A stretch of 61,649 bases of DNA, filler included, from Stramenopiles sp. TOSAG23-3 (GCA_900128585.1; 6 parts of 6 records of this genome joined end to end with filler, not necessarily neighbours in it); one strand, 5' to 3'; counted from the first letter of the whole stretch, positions 1-11,073 are shown. The notes: generated by a model from the letters alone, not told the origin. Translations and numbers: made by a program.

Positions 1-730
1 CAATGGTCAACTGCACTGCAGACGCTTCCCCGCTGAGGAAAGCATTGTTTCTGGAAGAGCACCCCAACGCGCGCAGATCGCTGGTATGCGTTACTGGGGT
101 CGTGTTGCCCCTGGAACCGTTGACAGCGACACACGAATGACACGTTTCTTGGCACCGTAAAGATGATGCACTGCATCCTGGAAGGGTACCATCCAGAGTG
201 TAGCAGATGATCCCGGCAGAAACACTCTCAAGCTCTACTCTATGGCTTAGCGCCACGTGAAGTGTGTGCGCTGGACCGCTGCTTACGGAGACTGCTGGGG
301 GCCTGTAACGCACCATTGCTGGGCGGATCGTTGTGTATTCGATTGTTCGCACCGCAGAATGCGCGCCGTCAAAAGAACAGCCCTGTATCTTGAGCGCTTT
401 GGCGTTCAAACTGATAGTCACCGGCAGGATAGAGCCATCAAAAACGGGGGCCCCTATTGTACACGTTGACCCGCCAGTGTTGCAGGCTGGAGCCGTTATA
501 TCGACGCTTCTGTTTCCAAAAGTAAAGCACAGCCTTTCCGACCCTGCAGAGGAGGCTTTTAAGTTTTTAAAGCCGTGGCTAATCGCACCATCAGCAGGGT
601 CGGGGGTTATCAGCACGTTACCGGCCCCGCCGTCGCAGGTGGTGATGGGGACGGCCAAAAGCCGTAAAAGTAAGCCCCAAAATACAGCCTTAAAATAATA
701 GGTGCGAGGCATGAGTTTTGACGTTGCCAT
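1..730 (-). CDS. Secreted/surface protein, 3'-partial, with Fn3-associated (CHB_HEX_C-like) repeats
   Basis: Not in the ORF track. Read by hand from ATG 730 (MATSKLMPRTYYFKAVFWGLLLRLLAVPITTC...), the frame stays open to the window edge. It has a hydrophobic N-terminus and the motif ICYTLDGTLPGC, which resembles the IyYTtDGs.P signature of Fn3_assoc/CHB_HEX_C repeats. An earlier degenerate repeat reads LCFTFGNRSV. Confidence 0.65.
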   Translation of the reverse strand, partial: MATSKLMPRTYYFKAVFWGLLLRLLAVPITTCDGGAGNVLITPDPADGAISHGFKNLKASSAGSERLCFTFGNRSVDITAPACNTGGSTCTIGAPVFDGSILPVTISLNAKALKIQGCSFDGAHSAVRTIEYTTIRPAMVRYRPPAVSVSSGPAHTLHVALSHRVELESVSAGIICYTLDGTLPGCSASSLRCQETCHSCVAVNGSRGNTTPVTHTSDLRALGCSSRNNAFLSGEASAVQLTI

Positions 731-1725
731 CTTGCGGAATAAAAATTGTCTGATTTTTGTCAGTACCTTGACCAATTCTTGGGTACTTTTTCGTGCGCTC
801 GTTGTGTCTTTCCTTCTGCAAACTTCTCGAATCATTTCAGGGTCAGGCCAAAAGAATAATAGCCTTTTTTTAGATATATAGTATTATAATAAAGACATTT
901 TTTATTATTTAGTATGATAATAATAATATATACTACTATTACTACTACTAATTTTTAAAAATAGGAAATAATAATAATATACCGTACTCGTAGTACCCGA
1001 ATTTATTATGTTTTAACAGCGAGCCAAAAAAAATACCAACTACCTTGGTACAACTGGAGTTTTTAAAATATTCTATATAGAATCAATTTAACATGGAACA
1101 GCATCAAATAAATCAAAAGACAAGAAAGAAAAAAGAAGGAAAAAAGAAAGAAACAAGAAAGAGAAACTGAAGAAAGAAGAAGAAAACAAGAATTTCACTA
1201 CATATTAGGAATAGTCTAAGTAAATAATAAATAGTTAATAAGTATTAAGCATAATTTGTAAATATTGTATTGAAATGATTTTATCTAGGAAAATAAATAA
1301 TAAAATGCGGGGATAATTGTAATATTATTACGAATAATTATTTATTATAAAAAATAGGAACAACAGGGCAGTAGGCAAAACGGAAGAAGAGAAAAGAAGA
1401 GAAAGAAGAGAAAGAAGAAGAGAAAGAAGAGAAAGAATTATTATTGATGAAAAATAATAATTATTATTATTATTATTATTAGGCAACTCCTCCTTCCTCT
1501 CCTCATCTTACTTCGTCGATAATAATCACAAAAATGCTCCAGAGGAATTATAAAATATTATATAAGTTTTATTTTTAAAACGAAAAGAATCACAAGAGCT
1601 TGGTCTAGGTGAACGGAAAAAAGAAAACAAGGTGGGTAAAACATACATTCGTAGTGGCATAGTTCGTCTTGTTTGTGATTTTCTATAGTTTTCTTCTCGA
1701 ACAATAACTGTATAGCCCCAGGATT

Positions 1726-3474
1726 ATGTTTGGCTTATGGGATAGGGCCGTGGGGGCGGTGCGGCGTTCGCGACCGGGGCTGGTGGCGCTCTGCTGCCTC
1801 TGCCTTCTTTGCGCGTTGGTGCGGTCTGCAAAACACACGCATAGGATCGCGCTTACGCACAAAGCGCGAACAAAGGAGCAAACGCTTCACATGCACAGGG
1901 TGCTGAACCAGGCCCATACGGCGCTCCGGGAACACCGCGAAAATTCCGGCGGCAAAAAGTCGGCCGGCTCGGACGGGCCTATCTCGGTGGAAGTGGCGAT
2001 GGCGCTGAAGAACATTAAGAACACGCAGTACATAGGAACGATCGGTATCGGCACCCCACCGCAAAACATACATGTTATTTTTGACACTGGTAGCGCCAAC
2101 TTATGGGTGACAAGCAGCCTCTGCGAGTCCGATGCCTGTGGCATGCACGAAAGTTACAACCACAAGCTGAGCACCACGTACGTCGCAAACGGGGAAGAGG
2201 TAAGCGTCCGGTTTGGAACGGGGGACATCGAGGGAATGCTGAGCGCGGACGACTTTCACGTAGGGCCGATGGTCGTAAAGGCGCAAACCTTCGGGGAGAT
2301 TACTGTGGAGAACGGCAACGTGTTCGCCACGAGCCACTTTGCTGGAATCGCGGGGCTTGCCTTCCCCGCGCTGAGCGCGTATTCGCACACGCCGGTATTT
2401 GACAATATCATGGGCCAAAAATTACTGGCGACCAACATGTTTGCGTTCTATTATAGTAAGTTGCCGCGCCAGGAAAGCGCACTCTTTTTCGGTGGCCCCG
2501 ACCCTGAGTTTTACACTGGCAAAATAACATGGATCCCCGTGATGAAGCAGTTTTACTGGGAGATCCGCCTGCAAGATATTTACGTGGGCGACACGCCGAT
2601 GAACTTTTGCAGCCCTGGGGGATCCTACACGACGGACGAAGCTGGCTGCAAGATCGTGCTCGACACGGGCACCTCGTTGATCGCTGGACCGTCCGATGCC
2701 ATCGGCAGCCTCCTGTCCCGCCTTGACGTGACCAACCACTGTAAGTCCAAGTCCGAGCTTCCGCGAATATCGTTGAAGGTGGGGGGAACGAAGTTTTTCA
2801 TGGAACCGGACGATTATGTCCTGGATGGGGAAGAGGATGAGGACTGCAAGCCAGCCTTCATGCCCCTAGATGTCCCGTCCCCGAGGGGACCGTTGTTTAT
2901 TTTGGGCGATGCGTTCATGAGAAAGTTCTACACTATATTTGACCGGGCCGAAGACCGCGTGGGGATCGCCGTGGCCCGCCAGACCGGGCCGGAAGCCCCG
3001 ATGAAAAAAGATTTGGACAACTTGGTAAAGGGCAAGGCCACGAGAGGTGAAAAGAAGCTGGTGGATGAAATTTTGAAGGAAGAAAAGTTCGCCCCGCCTG
3101 TTCCGTCCTCGAAGCCCCTGCCGTTGAAGCGTGAAGGGGAAGATGCGTACGATGCGGCGCCTCCTGGCCCGGGGTCAAAGAAAGTACTGATCCAGATGGC
3201 GGAGCAGCAACGCTTGGGGGGTGGCAAGGCGAACTCTCTGCTGCGCGGGGGGCTCCTAGGGGGTGCGTCTGCGGTGTTGGGACAGCCAAATCGCGACGAA
3301 GAAAAAAGAGCGAACGAAGAAATTAGAAACATACAAGATGGCGATGGCTCCTTGGCGGCTAAGTTGAAGCTCGACTCGTATTCGCCAGCACTGCACAGTG
3401 GCGGCGGTGGCACTTCCGACGACGACGAGGAGGACGATGGGGAGAATGCAATGGCATTGCAAAACCGGATCTAA
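1726..3474 (+). CDS. Pepsin-family (A1) aspartic protease with N-terminal signal anchor and low-complexity C-terminal tail
   Basis: Both catalytic motifs are present (VIFDTGSANLWV, IVLDTGTSLIAGP), along with GIAGLAFP, YWEI and ILGDAFMRKFYTIFD. Hydrophobic segment near aa 19-33. Confidence 0.95.
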   Translation: MFGLWDRAVGAVRRSRPGLVALCCLCLLCALVRSAKHTHRIALTHKARTKEQTLHMHRVLNQAHTALREHRENSGGKKSAGSDGPISVEVAMALKNIKNTQYIGTIGIGTPPQNIHVIFDTGSANLWVTSSLCESDACGMHESYNHKLSTTYVANGEEVSVRFGTGDIEGMLSADDFHVGPMVVKAQTFGEITVENGNVFATSHFAGIAGLAFPALSAYSHTPVFDNIMGQKLLATNMFAFYYSKLPRQESALFFGGPDPEFYTGKITWIPVMKQFYWEIRLQDIYVGDTPMNFCSPGGSYTTDEAGCKIVLDTGTSLIAGPSDAIGSLLSRLDVTNHCKSKSELPRISLKVGGTKFFMEPDDYVLDGEEDEDCKPAFMPLDVPSPRGPLFILGDAFMRKFYTIFDRAEDRVGIAVARQTGPEAPMKKDLDNLVKGKATRGEKKLVDEILKEEKFAPPVPSSKPLPLKREGEDAYDAAPPGPGSKKVLIQMAEQQRLGGGKANSLLRGGLLGGASAVLGQPNRDEEKRANEEIRNIQDGDGSLAAKLKLDSYSPALHSGGGGTSDDDEEDDGENAMALQNRI

Positions 3475-3731
3475 GCCACCGACAGGACGAGTCGGACGCA
3501 GCGAGAGTTTTCAAAGATTAGATATGGCAAAAAGTAAGAAATATATCGTTTTCACCAAAACTATTCATACACCACCCATTTTATCGTATTTTGTTGTACC
3601 AATATGATACGTAAAAATTAACGTTGCAACGTTTACGCGCAGTGCAGTCTTTTGGGTTGTTATGTTTTAAATATGTACATCTGCCAAACCATTTGTTCGT
3701 TCTTTCTTTGAAGCGTGGGCCACTTGGAACG

Positions 3732-4115
3732 CTACTTTTTTGAAGAGACTTCCTCTTTCCGCTTCTTCATTTTGATCATTAAGTTGTAAAATGATTCGTA
3801 CTCTATCGATGCCAAAAATACACCCAAGTAATGTGCAGCTTTTCCGTCCGTTTGCTGCGCCGAGCGGCAGCGAAGAAAAAACTCTTTTTCGGTCAACTGC
3901 TCCGCCTCTATAAATTTTTGGATTTGCTCTTCAAACTCTACCATGTATTGTTGGTGGTACTCGGTATATTGTATTCTATGCTCCTCTTCGTTTAAACTGA
4001 ACTTCATGCAATGTTGTTCGCAAAACCAAAAGAACTTTTCTTGAAACTCATCTTTCATACAAAACTGAACAAGGTTTTCGAGAAGCGGGTCGTCCATAAA
4101 CTGAACGTCTGACAT
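3732..4115 (-). CDS. BART-domain (ARL2BP/CFAP36-like) protein
   Basis: 127 aa. F..FCEQHC..F...EEEHRIQYTEYHQQY...FE..I..F and LASIEYESFYNLM match the pattern I recall for the BART domain. Confidence 0.8.
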   Translation of the reverse strand: MSDVQFMDDPLLENLVQFCMKDEFQEKFFWFCEQHCMKFSLNEEEHRIQYTEYHQQYMVEFEEQIQKFIEAEQLTEKEFFLRCRSAQQTDGKAAHYLGVFLASIEYESFYNLMIKMKKRKEEVSSKK

Positions 4116-4954
4116 TATTGCGGGGGCCGAGCCGTCCCCCCGGGCTCGAAAATCAACTATTTCCTAGACGTTTTCCTCTATCAATGCGTAACCGTTCAAT
4201 AAATTTAATACACTCGAATCTATTGCTCGTTGCATCTTTTACGTTTTTATTTTTTTCGTATTATAGTTTTGTTTTTCTCTAAAAGACAGTTAATTGTGCA
4301 AGCCCAACCCACTTCTTCTTCTTTCTTCTCTCTTCTTCTTTTTTCTCTTCTTCTCTCTTTCTTCTTCTCTTTCTTCTTGCTTCTTCTCTTCAACCTTCAA
4401 CAACCCATCATCATCTTAGGATCAGATCTCTCATCCATCAGATCATCATCGGAGAGACGAGAGAGGAGGTTCTTCAATTTCATATTAAGGATAAATATAT
4501 ATAAATGTTTATTAATATATATAACCTATTGTTTTGTATAGAAGAGATAAATATTGGATGTCTAATAATATAGAAGTAACATACCTTATTATAATACTTT
4601 CCTTTTATTAATGCTACGATGTTTCTTTATACTAAATACTACTACTACCGCCAATTTATTATTTTATTTATTGTATAAATATTTATTATTATTAATTATT
4701 ATATTGATTGAAATGAATGAAGAAAGGGAGCGCTCTCTCTTCTCTGTTGATGTTGTTGTTATATTATTTATTTGTGTTATTTTATATTTGATGATAAAGA
4801 AAAAAATGATGATGATGATGAATGATGATACTCGCTCTGGCGGTCATTGGTCAGATATTTTGGTACAAACGTATTGTCTAAATTACATACAGGTTAATTA
4901 GACGACTAGCAAATACCGTAAGTTTTTTTTAAACACGCTACTTTTTTGTTGTAT

Positions 4955-5950
4955 TTAACAGATGCTACAGCAGCAACAGCAAGCGCCGTTTTCTTCTTCT
5001 TTACCGCTTTCGGTACTTCCCATCGAATCCCTTCGCTGCGGGGTCCCTGTGTTTGAATTCACACCACCATAGGTGGATACTAAGCCAGGGCCAAGCAAAG
5101 GTTCGTCGAGTATACCCCCGCCCTTCTTGGACGGTCTATTGGGGCTCCTGCTCGGACTTCTCCGGTGGCCGCGCAAACTGTCGTCATTCAACAGGACGAT
5201 GTTTTGCGACACGCTATTTTCGCGACTCCCATACTTTTGCTTCCCCCCTACCTTTTCCAACAGAACCTCCCGCTCGGCCTGTAGCCTTGCAGTGGACTGC
5301 TGCTCGCGCTTCAAGCTGTCTTCTAACTCGCGCAATTTTCTCTCCATTTCGGCGGCGAGCTCGTTCGCCTCGGTCCGCTTTATATCCTCTAATTCCTCCC
5401 GTAGTCGGTACAATTCATGGTTCTGTGAGAGCATGTCTTCGTGCTGCATCAGCATGGACTCGTACAGCCCGATCTTGCTCACAATCTCGCTCTTCGCCGA
5501 TCGCTCGCGCGAGACAACGCACGCTAGCTCCGCGAGTTCTTCCTTCGCGGCGCTAAGGTCGGCTTCCGATTCCCGTTTCAGCTCGTCTATGATGGTCTCG
5601 TACTCCTCCGAAGTCTCTCTCGATTTTCGCTCCAATTTCTCTAGCTTCTTCTCCAGCCCTTTCTTGTCGTTCTTCGCCTTGGAAAGTTTTCGCTTGTAAC
5701 CCTCGATTTGATCCGTCAGCGTGCGCACGGTTTTTATGCTGTTGCTGGCGTCTTCGCGTGTCGCGCTGATTTCCGTCTTTGTTTGCGCGACCAAGTTGTG
5801 CAGCGCGTCGACCTGCTCTTTGTACAGGTTGGAGAGGTTTAAGTATTCTTCCCGTTCGTTCTCGCACTTCTTCAATTTGATTTCTAGCTCCGCGCTATCT
5901 TGCGCACCGCCCCCCCCCCCGAAGCTCCTCCAACTGCTCCTTGTAGGCAT
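4955..5950 (-). CDS. Coiled-coil protein with C-terminal Cys cluster (probably lipid-anchored)
   Basis: 331-aa ORF in GC-rich coding-like DNA with long E/K/L heptads. It contains a DEPLL dileucine-like motif and ends GACCCCCSIC. Confidence 0.75.
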   Translation of the reverse strand: MPTRSSWRSFGGGGGAQDSAELEIKLKKCENEREEYLNLSNLYKEQVDALHNLVAQTKTEISATREDASNSIKTVRTLTDQIEGYKRKLSKAKNDKKGLEKKLEKLERKSRETSEEYETIIDELKRESEADLSAAKEELAELACVVSRERSAKSEIVSKIGLYESMLMQHEDMLSQNHELYRLREELEDIKRTEANELAAEMERKLRELEDSLKREQQSTARLQAEREVLLEKVGGKQKYGSRENSVSQNIVLLNDDSLRGHRRSPSRSPNRPSKKGGGILDEPLLGPGLVSTYGGVNSNTGTPQRRDSMGSTESGKEEENGACCCCCSIC

Positions 5951-7242
5951 TCAATATCTGCCGCAGCGACGAGATTGTCTGGTTGCGTTTTATAAGCTCG
6001 GAACGAAGTTGTTCCGGCCGTTGACTCATTGTATTAGTGTTCTCTCCCTTCTTCCGCTACACTCTCTGCAACATTTACACCTAAATATGTATTTTTATAT
6101 ATTTAATCGATAGTCGGTAGAGCCAGTCTCTTCTCCTAAATACAACCCAGAAAAATCAACAGTCTTCAATGTGGTCATACGTTTAAAGGTTCAAAGCCGA
6201 AACCTTCTTTTCCTTTCCAAGAAGTGAAAAAAAGCTGTCTGTGTGATTGATGATGAAGAAAGAAGAAGGCTGAATGAAGAAGAAGAAGAAGGGGTTAGGT
6301 TTATTTATTAATAGGAGAGGAGGATAAAAAAATTAAAAAAAAAAAGCCACCAAGAAGAAGAAGAAGAAGTATTTATTAGTACTATTAATATAATAATAGT
6401 ATAGTATGATAATACAGTAAATACAATGGCTTCTTTTTTTTATTTCTTTCGCTTCTTTCTTCCGTCCTTTTTCTTGCTGCTCTTGTATTATAATCTAAAC
6501 TATTAATTGTAAATAACAAGAGAAGAGTATTACATTTTATGTCGTCGTAGTTATCTGTGTTGTACATATAAATATAATCTTCTCTTCTTCTTCCTCTTTT
6601 TTTTTTTAATTATTAAGGGCTTTTACTATAAAAAAGTATAAATGTACGGTGGCCATTTTATTATTTTTTTTATAATTAAAGAAGGGAAGAAGGAAGAAGA
6701 GAGAGAGAGAGAGGAAGGAGTTTGCAAATAACACATTTTTTATTTATTTATTATTAGGACACGGAAGAAAGAAGGGAAGAAGAAGAAGAAGAAGAAAGAA
6801 GAAAAGAAGATAAAAAGAAAGTACGAGTTTACTTTAAAATAAGTGTGTTGTAGGTACATTATATATTAATACTATTGGCAAATAGTAAGTACGTATATAT
6901 AATAGCAGCAATGAGAAAAGGGAAGGAGGAGGATGATGATTAATTTGTGGTAATTATTTAATAAGTTTAAATTTAATAATACACAGTATAATAGACTAAT
7001 AATAAAATTAATAATAATTATTATATACGTTAAAAAACAACGAAAGAAGAAAGAAAGACAAGAGAATGAAAGAAAGAACGAAAGAAAGACAGAAAGAGAA
7101 AAGACGAAGAGAGGGAAAAACAAAAAGGGAAAGCTATTTTAAAAGGTTTGACATTCTTTGTTGACAGAATATTACCCAGGAAAGTTATTCCTTTCCTGAA
7201 TATTGTGTGTGTAAAAGGTTTACAGTTATACATAGTATACTC

Positions 7243-8904
7243 ATGTGGGAGTTCATACAGTCGGCACAGCAAGCCGTCTTCGACGCAGTCGCCCCCGTCA
7301 CCGGGCCGGCCGGTATGGTGGAGTCTGCGGTAGCGTCAGGGGATATGTCCCGGGTCTCGCGCGTTTGCCAGGAGAACGGACTTCATTTGCCCAACGTGCG
7401 TGGTGGAAATGGGAAAAATATGCTTCACGTGGCGTGCGGTCGGGGGCACTATGAGATGACGCAGTACTTGCTGTCGAGCGGGGTGGATATACGGGGGGTG
7501 ACGAACAACCAAGAAACGTGCCTGCACTTTGCGGCCAAAGGGGGGAGCCTGGGCATAGTAAAGCTGTGCGTCGAGAACGGGGTCTCCGTGATTGCGAAGA
7601 ATACCAGTGGCCAGACGGCCTACGACCTGGCAGTCGGTATGTACGACGTCCGCCAGTACCTTTTGCCGCTCCAGCTGCAGCAGGACACGAGCGGGCCGGT
7701 GCCCTACTTTGCGACCACTAGCGCGCGGCATGCGGCCCAACAGTACCAAGAAGTGTCCCAAATAGGAGGGAACAGTGGGGCAAATTACAGCAATGGGGCC
7801 GCGTCGTACTCGTCCCAACCAGCATCTGGTGGGTACGGCTACAATAGCAATCACAAGCAGCATCCGCATCCGCCCCAGCACCACCAGGAACTGCAGGGCC
7901 AAATCCAAGCAGGCCCTGGCGTTTCCCATAACGTACCGTATGGAGTGCCGGCCTCTCCGACGCCCGCCGGGGACAACAACAATAGCAACATCGGGTTCCA
8001 TCCCAACGGGCCCGCAACGAACGCGGGGGTAAACGTGCCTTTGTCGGTCGCGCCCCCGAGCCCAATGGCCGGCAGCCCCGGGCCCACCTCACCCAAGCGA
8101 AGCGACGGTGGACCTGCAATTTTTCAACCTAACGCAGGGCCCGCCGCCAGTGCGCAGAATGGTGCAAACGGGGCCCCCGCCGCACCCTCGACCCCTGGCG
8201 TGCCGGCAGCGCCGCAACCGCCTGGGGGGCAGCAGGCGGGCACCCAAAACCCACAAACGTCTGCGACAATGTCGAGGAAGAAACGTCAGTTTGGAAAGTC
8301 GACTGGAAAAAAGAAAATTAGTGACTATGCGGACGGATTCGGCAGCTCGGTAGGTAATGCGCAGCTGTCGGCCAAATTTGGCAATAAATCGGGCCTGTCT
8401 TTCCCTTCGCGCAACGATCTTCCGCCCCCTCCCACAGAGTTAGGTGGGCCGGGCCCGTCCAGTTTCGCCTCTGCTGGCGCCACCCCTATCACGTCCCGTC
8501 GGTACGTTGAATATAGCCCTTACCCGCAGCAGCAACAACAACAGTTTTCTGCGCAACCCAATGGGATGTACAACTCTTTCCCCGGTACACAGCAGCAACA
8601 GTTCCAGGGCCGGCCGCAACAGCAACCATTTCAGCCACAAATGCAGCAGCAGCAATCATTCCAACCGCAAATGCAGCAGCAGCAACCATTCCATCCACAA
8701 ATGCAGCAGCAGCAACCAATACAACCACAAATGCAGCAGCAGCAACCAATACAACCACAAATGCAGCAGCAGCGACCATTCCAACCACAAATGCAGCAGC
8801 AACCTTCTGGGCCTTTTTCACAACCACAGCAGCAGCCGTTTCCAGGGCCCAGCGGTGGGTTCAATAGACACCCAGGAGGGTACGGGCAGGGAGATTCGAT
8901 TTGA
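7243..8904 (+). CDS. Ankyrin-repeat protein with Pro/Gln-rich disordered C-terminus
   Basis: Ankyrin motifs GKNMLHVACGRGHYEMTQYLL, ETCLHFAAKGGSLGIVKLCVENG and GQTAYDLA. The first in-frame ATG is 7243; the ORF track starts at an upstream GTG. Confidence 0.9.
   Translation: MWEFIQSAQQAVFDAVAPVTGPAGMVESAVASGDMSRVSRVCQENGLHLPNVRGGNGKNMLHVACGRGHYEMTQYLLSSGVDIRGVTNNQETCLHFAAKGGSLGIVKLCVENGVSVIAKNTSGQTAYDLAVGMYDVRQYLLPLQLQQDTSGPVPYFATTSARHAAQQYQEVSQIGGNSGANYSNGAASYSSQPASGGYGYNSNHKQHPHPPQHHQELQGQIQAGPGVSHNVPYGVPASPTPAGDNNNSNIGFHPNGPATNAGVNVPLSVAPPSPMAGSPGPTSPKRSDGGPAIFQPNAGPAASAQNGANGAPAAPSTPGVPAAPQPPGGQQAGTQNPQTSATMSRKKRQFGKSTGKKKISDYADGFGSSVGNAQLSAKFGNKSGLSFPSRNDLPPPPTELGGPGPSSFASAGATPITSRRYVEYSPYPQQQQQQFSAQPNGMYNSFPGTQQQQFQGRPQQQPFQPQMQQQQSFQPQMQQQQPFHPQMQQQQPIQPQMQQQQPIQPQMQQQRPFQPQMQQQPSGPFSQPQQQPFPGPSGGFNRHPGGYGQGDSI
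8620..8802 (+). repeat. Coding 30-bp tandem repeat (about 6 units) encoding QPQMQQQQP(F/I)
   Basis: Directly visible repeated CAACCACAAATGCAGCAGCAGCAACCA units. Confidence 0.95.
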
Positions 8905-9076
8905 AGTTAGGTATATCGTACTGTATGTTAAACATAACTGCTAATACTTAGTACAAATGTATAAAAGTGGCATGTATGTAAACGAACTTAACATATTTAT
9001 TTTTTTGTAAACGAACTTTACACCGCGTACAACGTTTAGAAAGAGCTTTAAAAGGCAAACCAATTAACCTCCGACG

Positions 9077-9763
9077 TTACATCCCCATCTCCGCTTCCAG
9101 GGCCGCCAGTGCTGCTTCCTCCTCTTGCTCTCCCTCGTCTATCGCAGGCTTCTCGTCTGGGATCGATGGCATACTGATGTTGTCGATAGGGTTCTGGTCA
9201 GCAACGGGTTCAACGCCTTTCATCATTTCTTCCTCCATTATGTCCGCTTCCAACTCATCCAACTCACCCATCAACTCATCTTCATCAATATCGTCCCCGC
9301 CTACTTGCTGGGACAGCATGTCTTGGATATCGTTGCCCTTCTGCATCTCGTCCTGGAGATCGTCCATTGTGTCGGCTACATCGTCCATGTTGAGCGTCTT
9401 GCTTGCTTCCTGCATTTGCTGGGCATTGTTTTTCATGGTATCGACGTAAACGGCGTTCATCGCCGAACTCTCCACGGCAAACTTTTGCGCCTCCAGGTTC
9501 ATAACCATCTGCCTTAGTTTTACTACTTCTGCTTCGTACATTTTCTTTCGCTTCAAGCAGAGCAACGCGCCCGCCTTGTTCCCCGCCTTTCCCTTCTTCT
9601 TCGCCTCAATTAGCTGCGATCTAATCTTCTTTTCTAAATGCTCCGCACGCTTTTCCGTCTGGTTGATGGAGGAGTCTAGAACTTTCATGGTATCTGCAAC
9701 GGTCTTGGGTTTCCCCGGTTTGCTCTTTGGCTTTGGCTTGCCGAAAAGGTTAAAACTTGCCAT
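9077..9763 (-). CDS. VPS32: ESCRT-III subunit Snf7/Vps32/CHMP4
   Basis: NKAGALLCLKRKKMYE, NLEAQKFAVE, DDVADTMDDLQD, DIDEDELMGELDELE and an amphipathic C-terminal helix (LAALEAEMGM). Confidence 0.92.
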   Translation of the reverse strand: MASFNLFGKPKPKSKPGKPKTVADTMKVLDSSINQTEKRAEHLEKKIRSQLIEAKKKGKAGNKAGALLCLKRKKMYEAEVVKLRQMVMNLEAQKFAVESSAMNAVYVDTMKNNAQQMQEASKTLNMDDVADTMDDLQDEMQKGNDIQDMLSQQVGGDDIDEDELMGELDELEADIMEEEMMKGVEPVADQNPIDNISMPSIPDEKPAIDEGEQEEEAALAALEAEMGM

Positions 9764-10207
9764 CGTGGGAGGAACTGTAATATGGTGTCACAGCACGCCC
9801 TGTTTCGCTTGGGTTGGAACACTTTGGGCGTGTAATAAATCCTGGTGTATCTTTCTTTCTTGCCTACTTCCTTTCCTTTTCATCGCCATCTTTCTCATTT
9901 TCTTTTTTACTTACTTACTCATACAAAATAAATTATCTAACAACTAAACTTCTCTTGTTGCTTCTTCTTCTTTCTTTTCTTTTTTCTTTCTCTTCTTCCT
10001 TCTTCTTTCTTTCTTTTTTTTTTTTCTTTCTTCTCGTTCTTCGTGTTCTCTTCTTCTATACTTCTGCTGCTATTACTATAATAAATAATAATAAAAAAAT
10101 ATTATTTTTTTATATATTTATTATTATTTTCTTCTTCTTCTTCTTCAACAAATAATAATAATAATATTATTATTAAAACAACAACTAAAAAAGTCGTCGT
10201 CTATTCT

Positions 10208-10307
10208 NNNNNNNNNNNNNNNNNNNNNNNNNNNNNNNNNNNNNNNNNNNNTTAATTAATTAANNNNNNNNNNNNNNNNNNNNNNNNNNNNNNNNNNNNN
10301 NNNNNNN
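10208..10307. other. Artificial contig linker (N44-TTAATTAATTAA-N44)
   Basis: 100-bp spacer with a six-frame stop core. The same linker recurs at 20515, 30810, 41102 and 51377. Confidence 0.98.
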
Positions 10308-10356
10308 AGTAATAGAAAGAAATATAAAAAACTCATCAGTTGAAATAGCTAGCATC

Positions 10357-11073
10357 GTGAAAACAATCTGGAAACCCTTTTTCTGGGGCAGGCAAGGAAG
10401 TTTTAATGTCACAGTTACAGCAAAGTTCCAATGTATAAAGGCAACCGCTTGCTTTACGAATTATGACGCTTGTCATAAATGTTCAAGCAGGACTAATTTT
10501 ATTAAATTAGTAAGTAACAGGAAACATGCATGCGGTCGTTGGCGGGCATTAATGCGGTATCACCAAAGGCAGTTTTTCAGTGACAAAGTAGATCCTCAGA
10601 ATAATACGGATTACACCAATGAGGAAAATCAAAATTATTCACAATGTCAAATTGTGAAGGGAGATGGTAAAAAAACAAAGCGTCTCAAAGATGTGACCAA
10701 ACAGGCAGGAAGGGAAAGAAGAAACATTCAGCCACTTACTATACGAAAATGTCACTATCTGGGGAACCATGCGCTCATTGATGTTAAAACATTTTTGTGT
10801 GCTATGGGGTTCTCTCGATATATGCTCAAGGATGAAGGGACTATCCCTTCTGATAAACACGAGTGTCTGAAAACGATAGAAACTCGAATAAAGGATACGA
10901 GTAAACGAAAACATTTTAGAGAAGTCATTTCGTTGTATTATAGTCCCGGCATAGCAACATCTCGTGCGGATTTCTCAGTTAAAATGTTTTCATGTTGTTT
11001 GTGTCGTTCAATCATTTCTGGTAAAGCAAATTATCATGCACAGGAAACTAATTTGTATTCATACCCCATTTAA
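10357..11073 (+). other. AT-rich 238-codon ORF of unknown nature (possible decayed or mobile-element sequence)
   Basis: Non-ATG start at a contig edge, no recognisable domain, and it lies among remnants. Confidence 0.25.

Noticed and set aside
257-698. Plus-strand ORFs 257-469 and 333-698
   Set aside because: They are antisense shadows of the minus-strand partial gene starting at 730.
10252-10263. Regularly spaced TTAATTAATTAA palindromes
   Set aside because: They are always embedded in N runs; this is a six-frame stop linker added during contig concatenation.
10357-11073. 238-codon ORF as a transposase or viral gene
   Set aside because: I could not recognise DDE, RT, HUH or other motifs; it is left unassigned.
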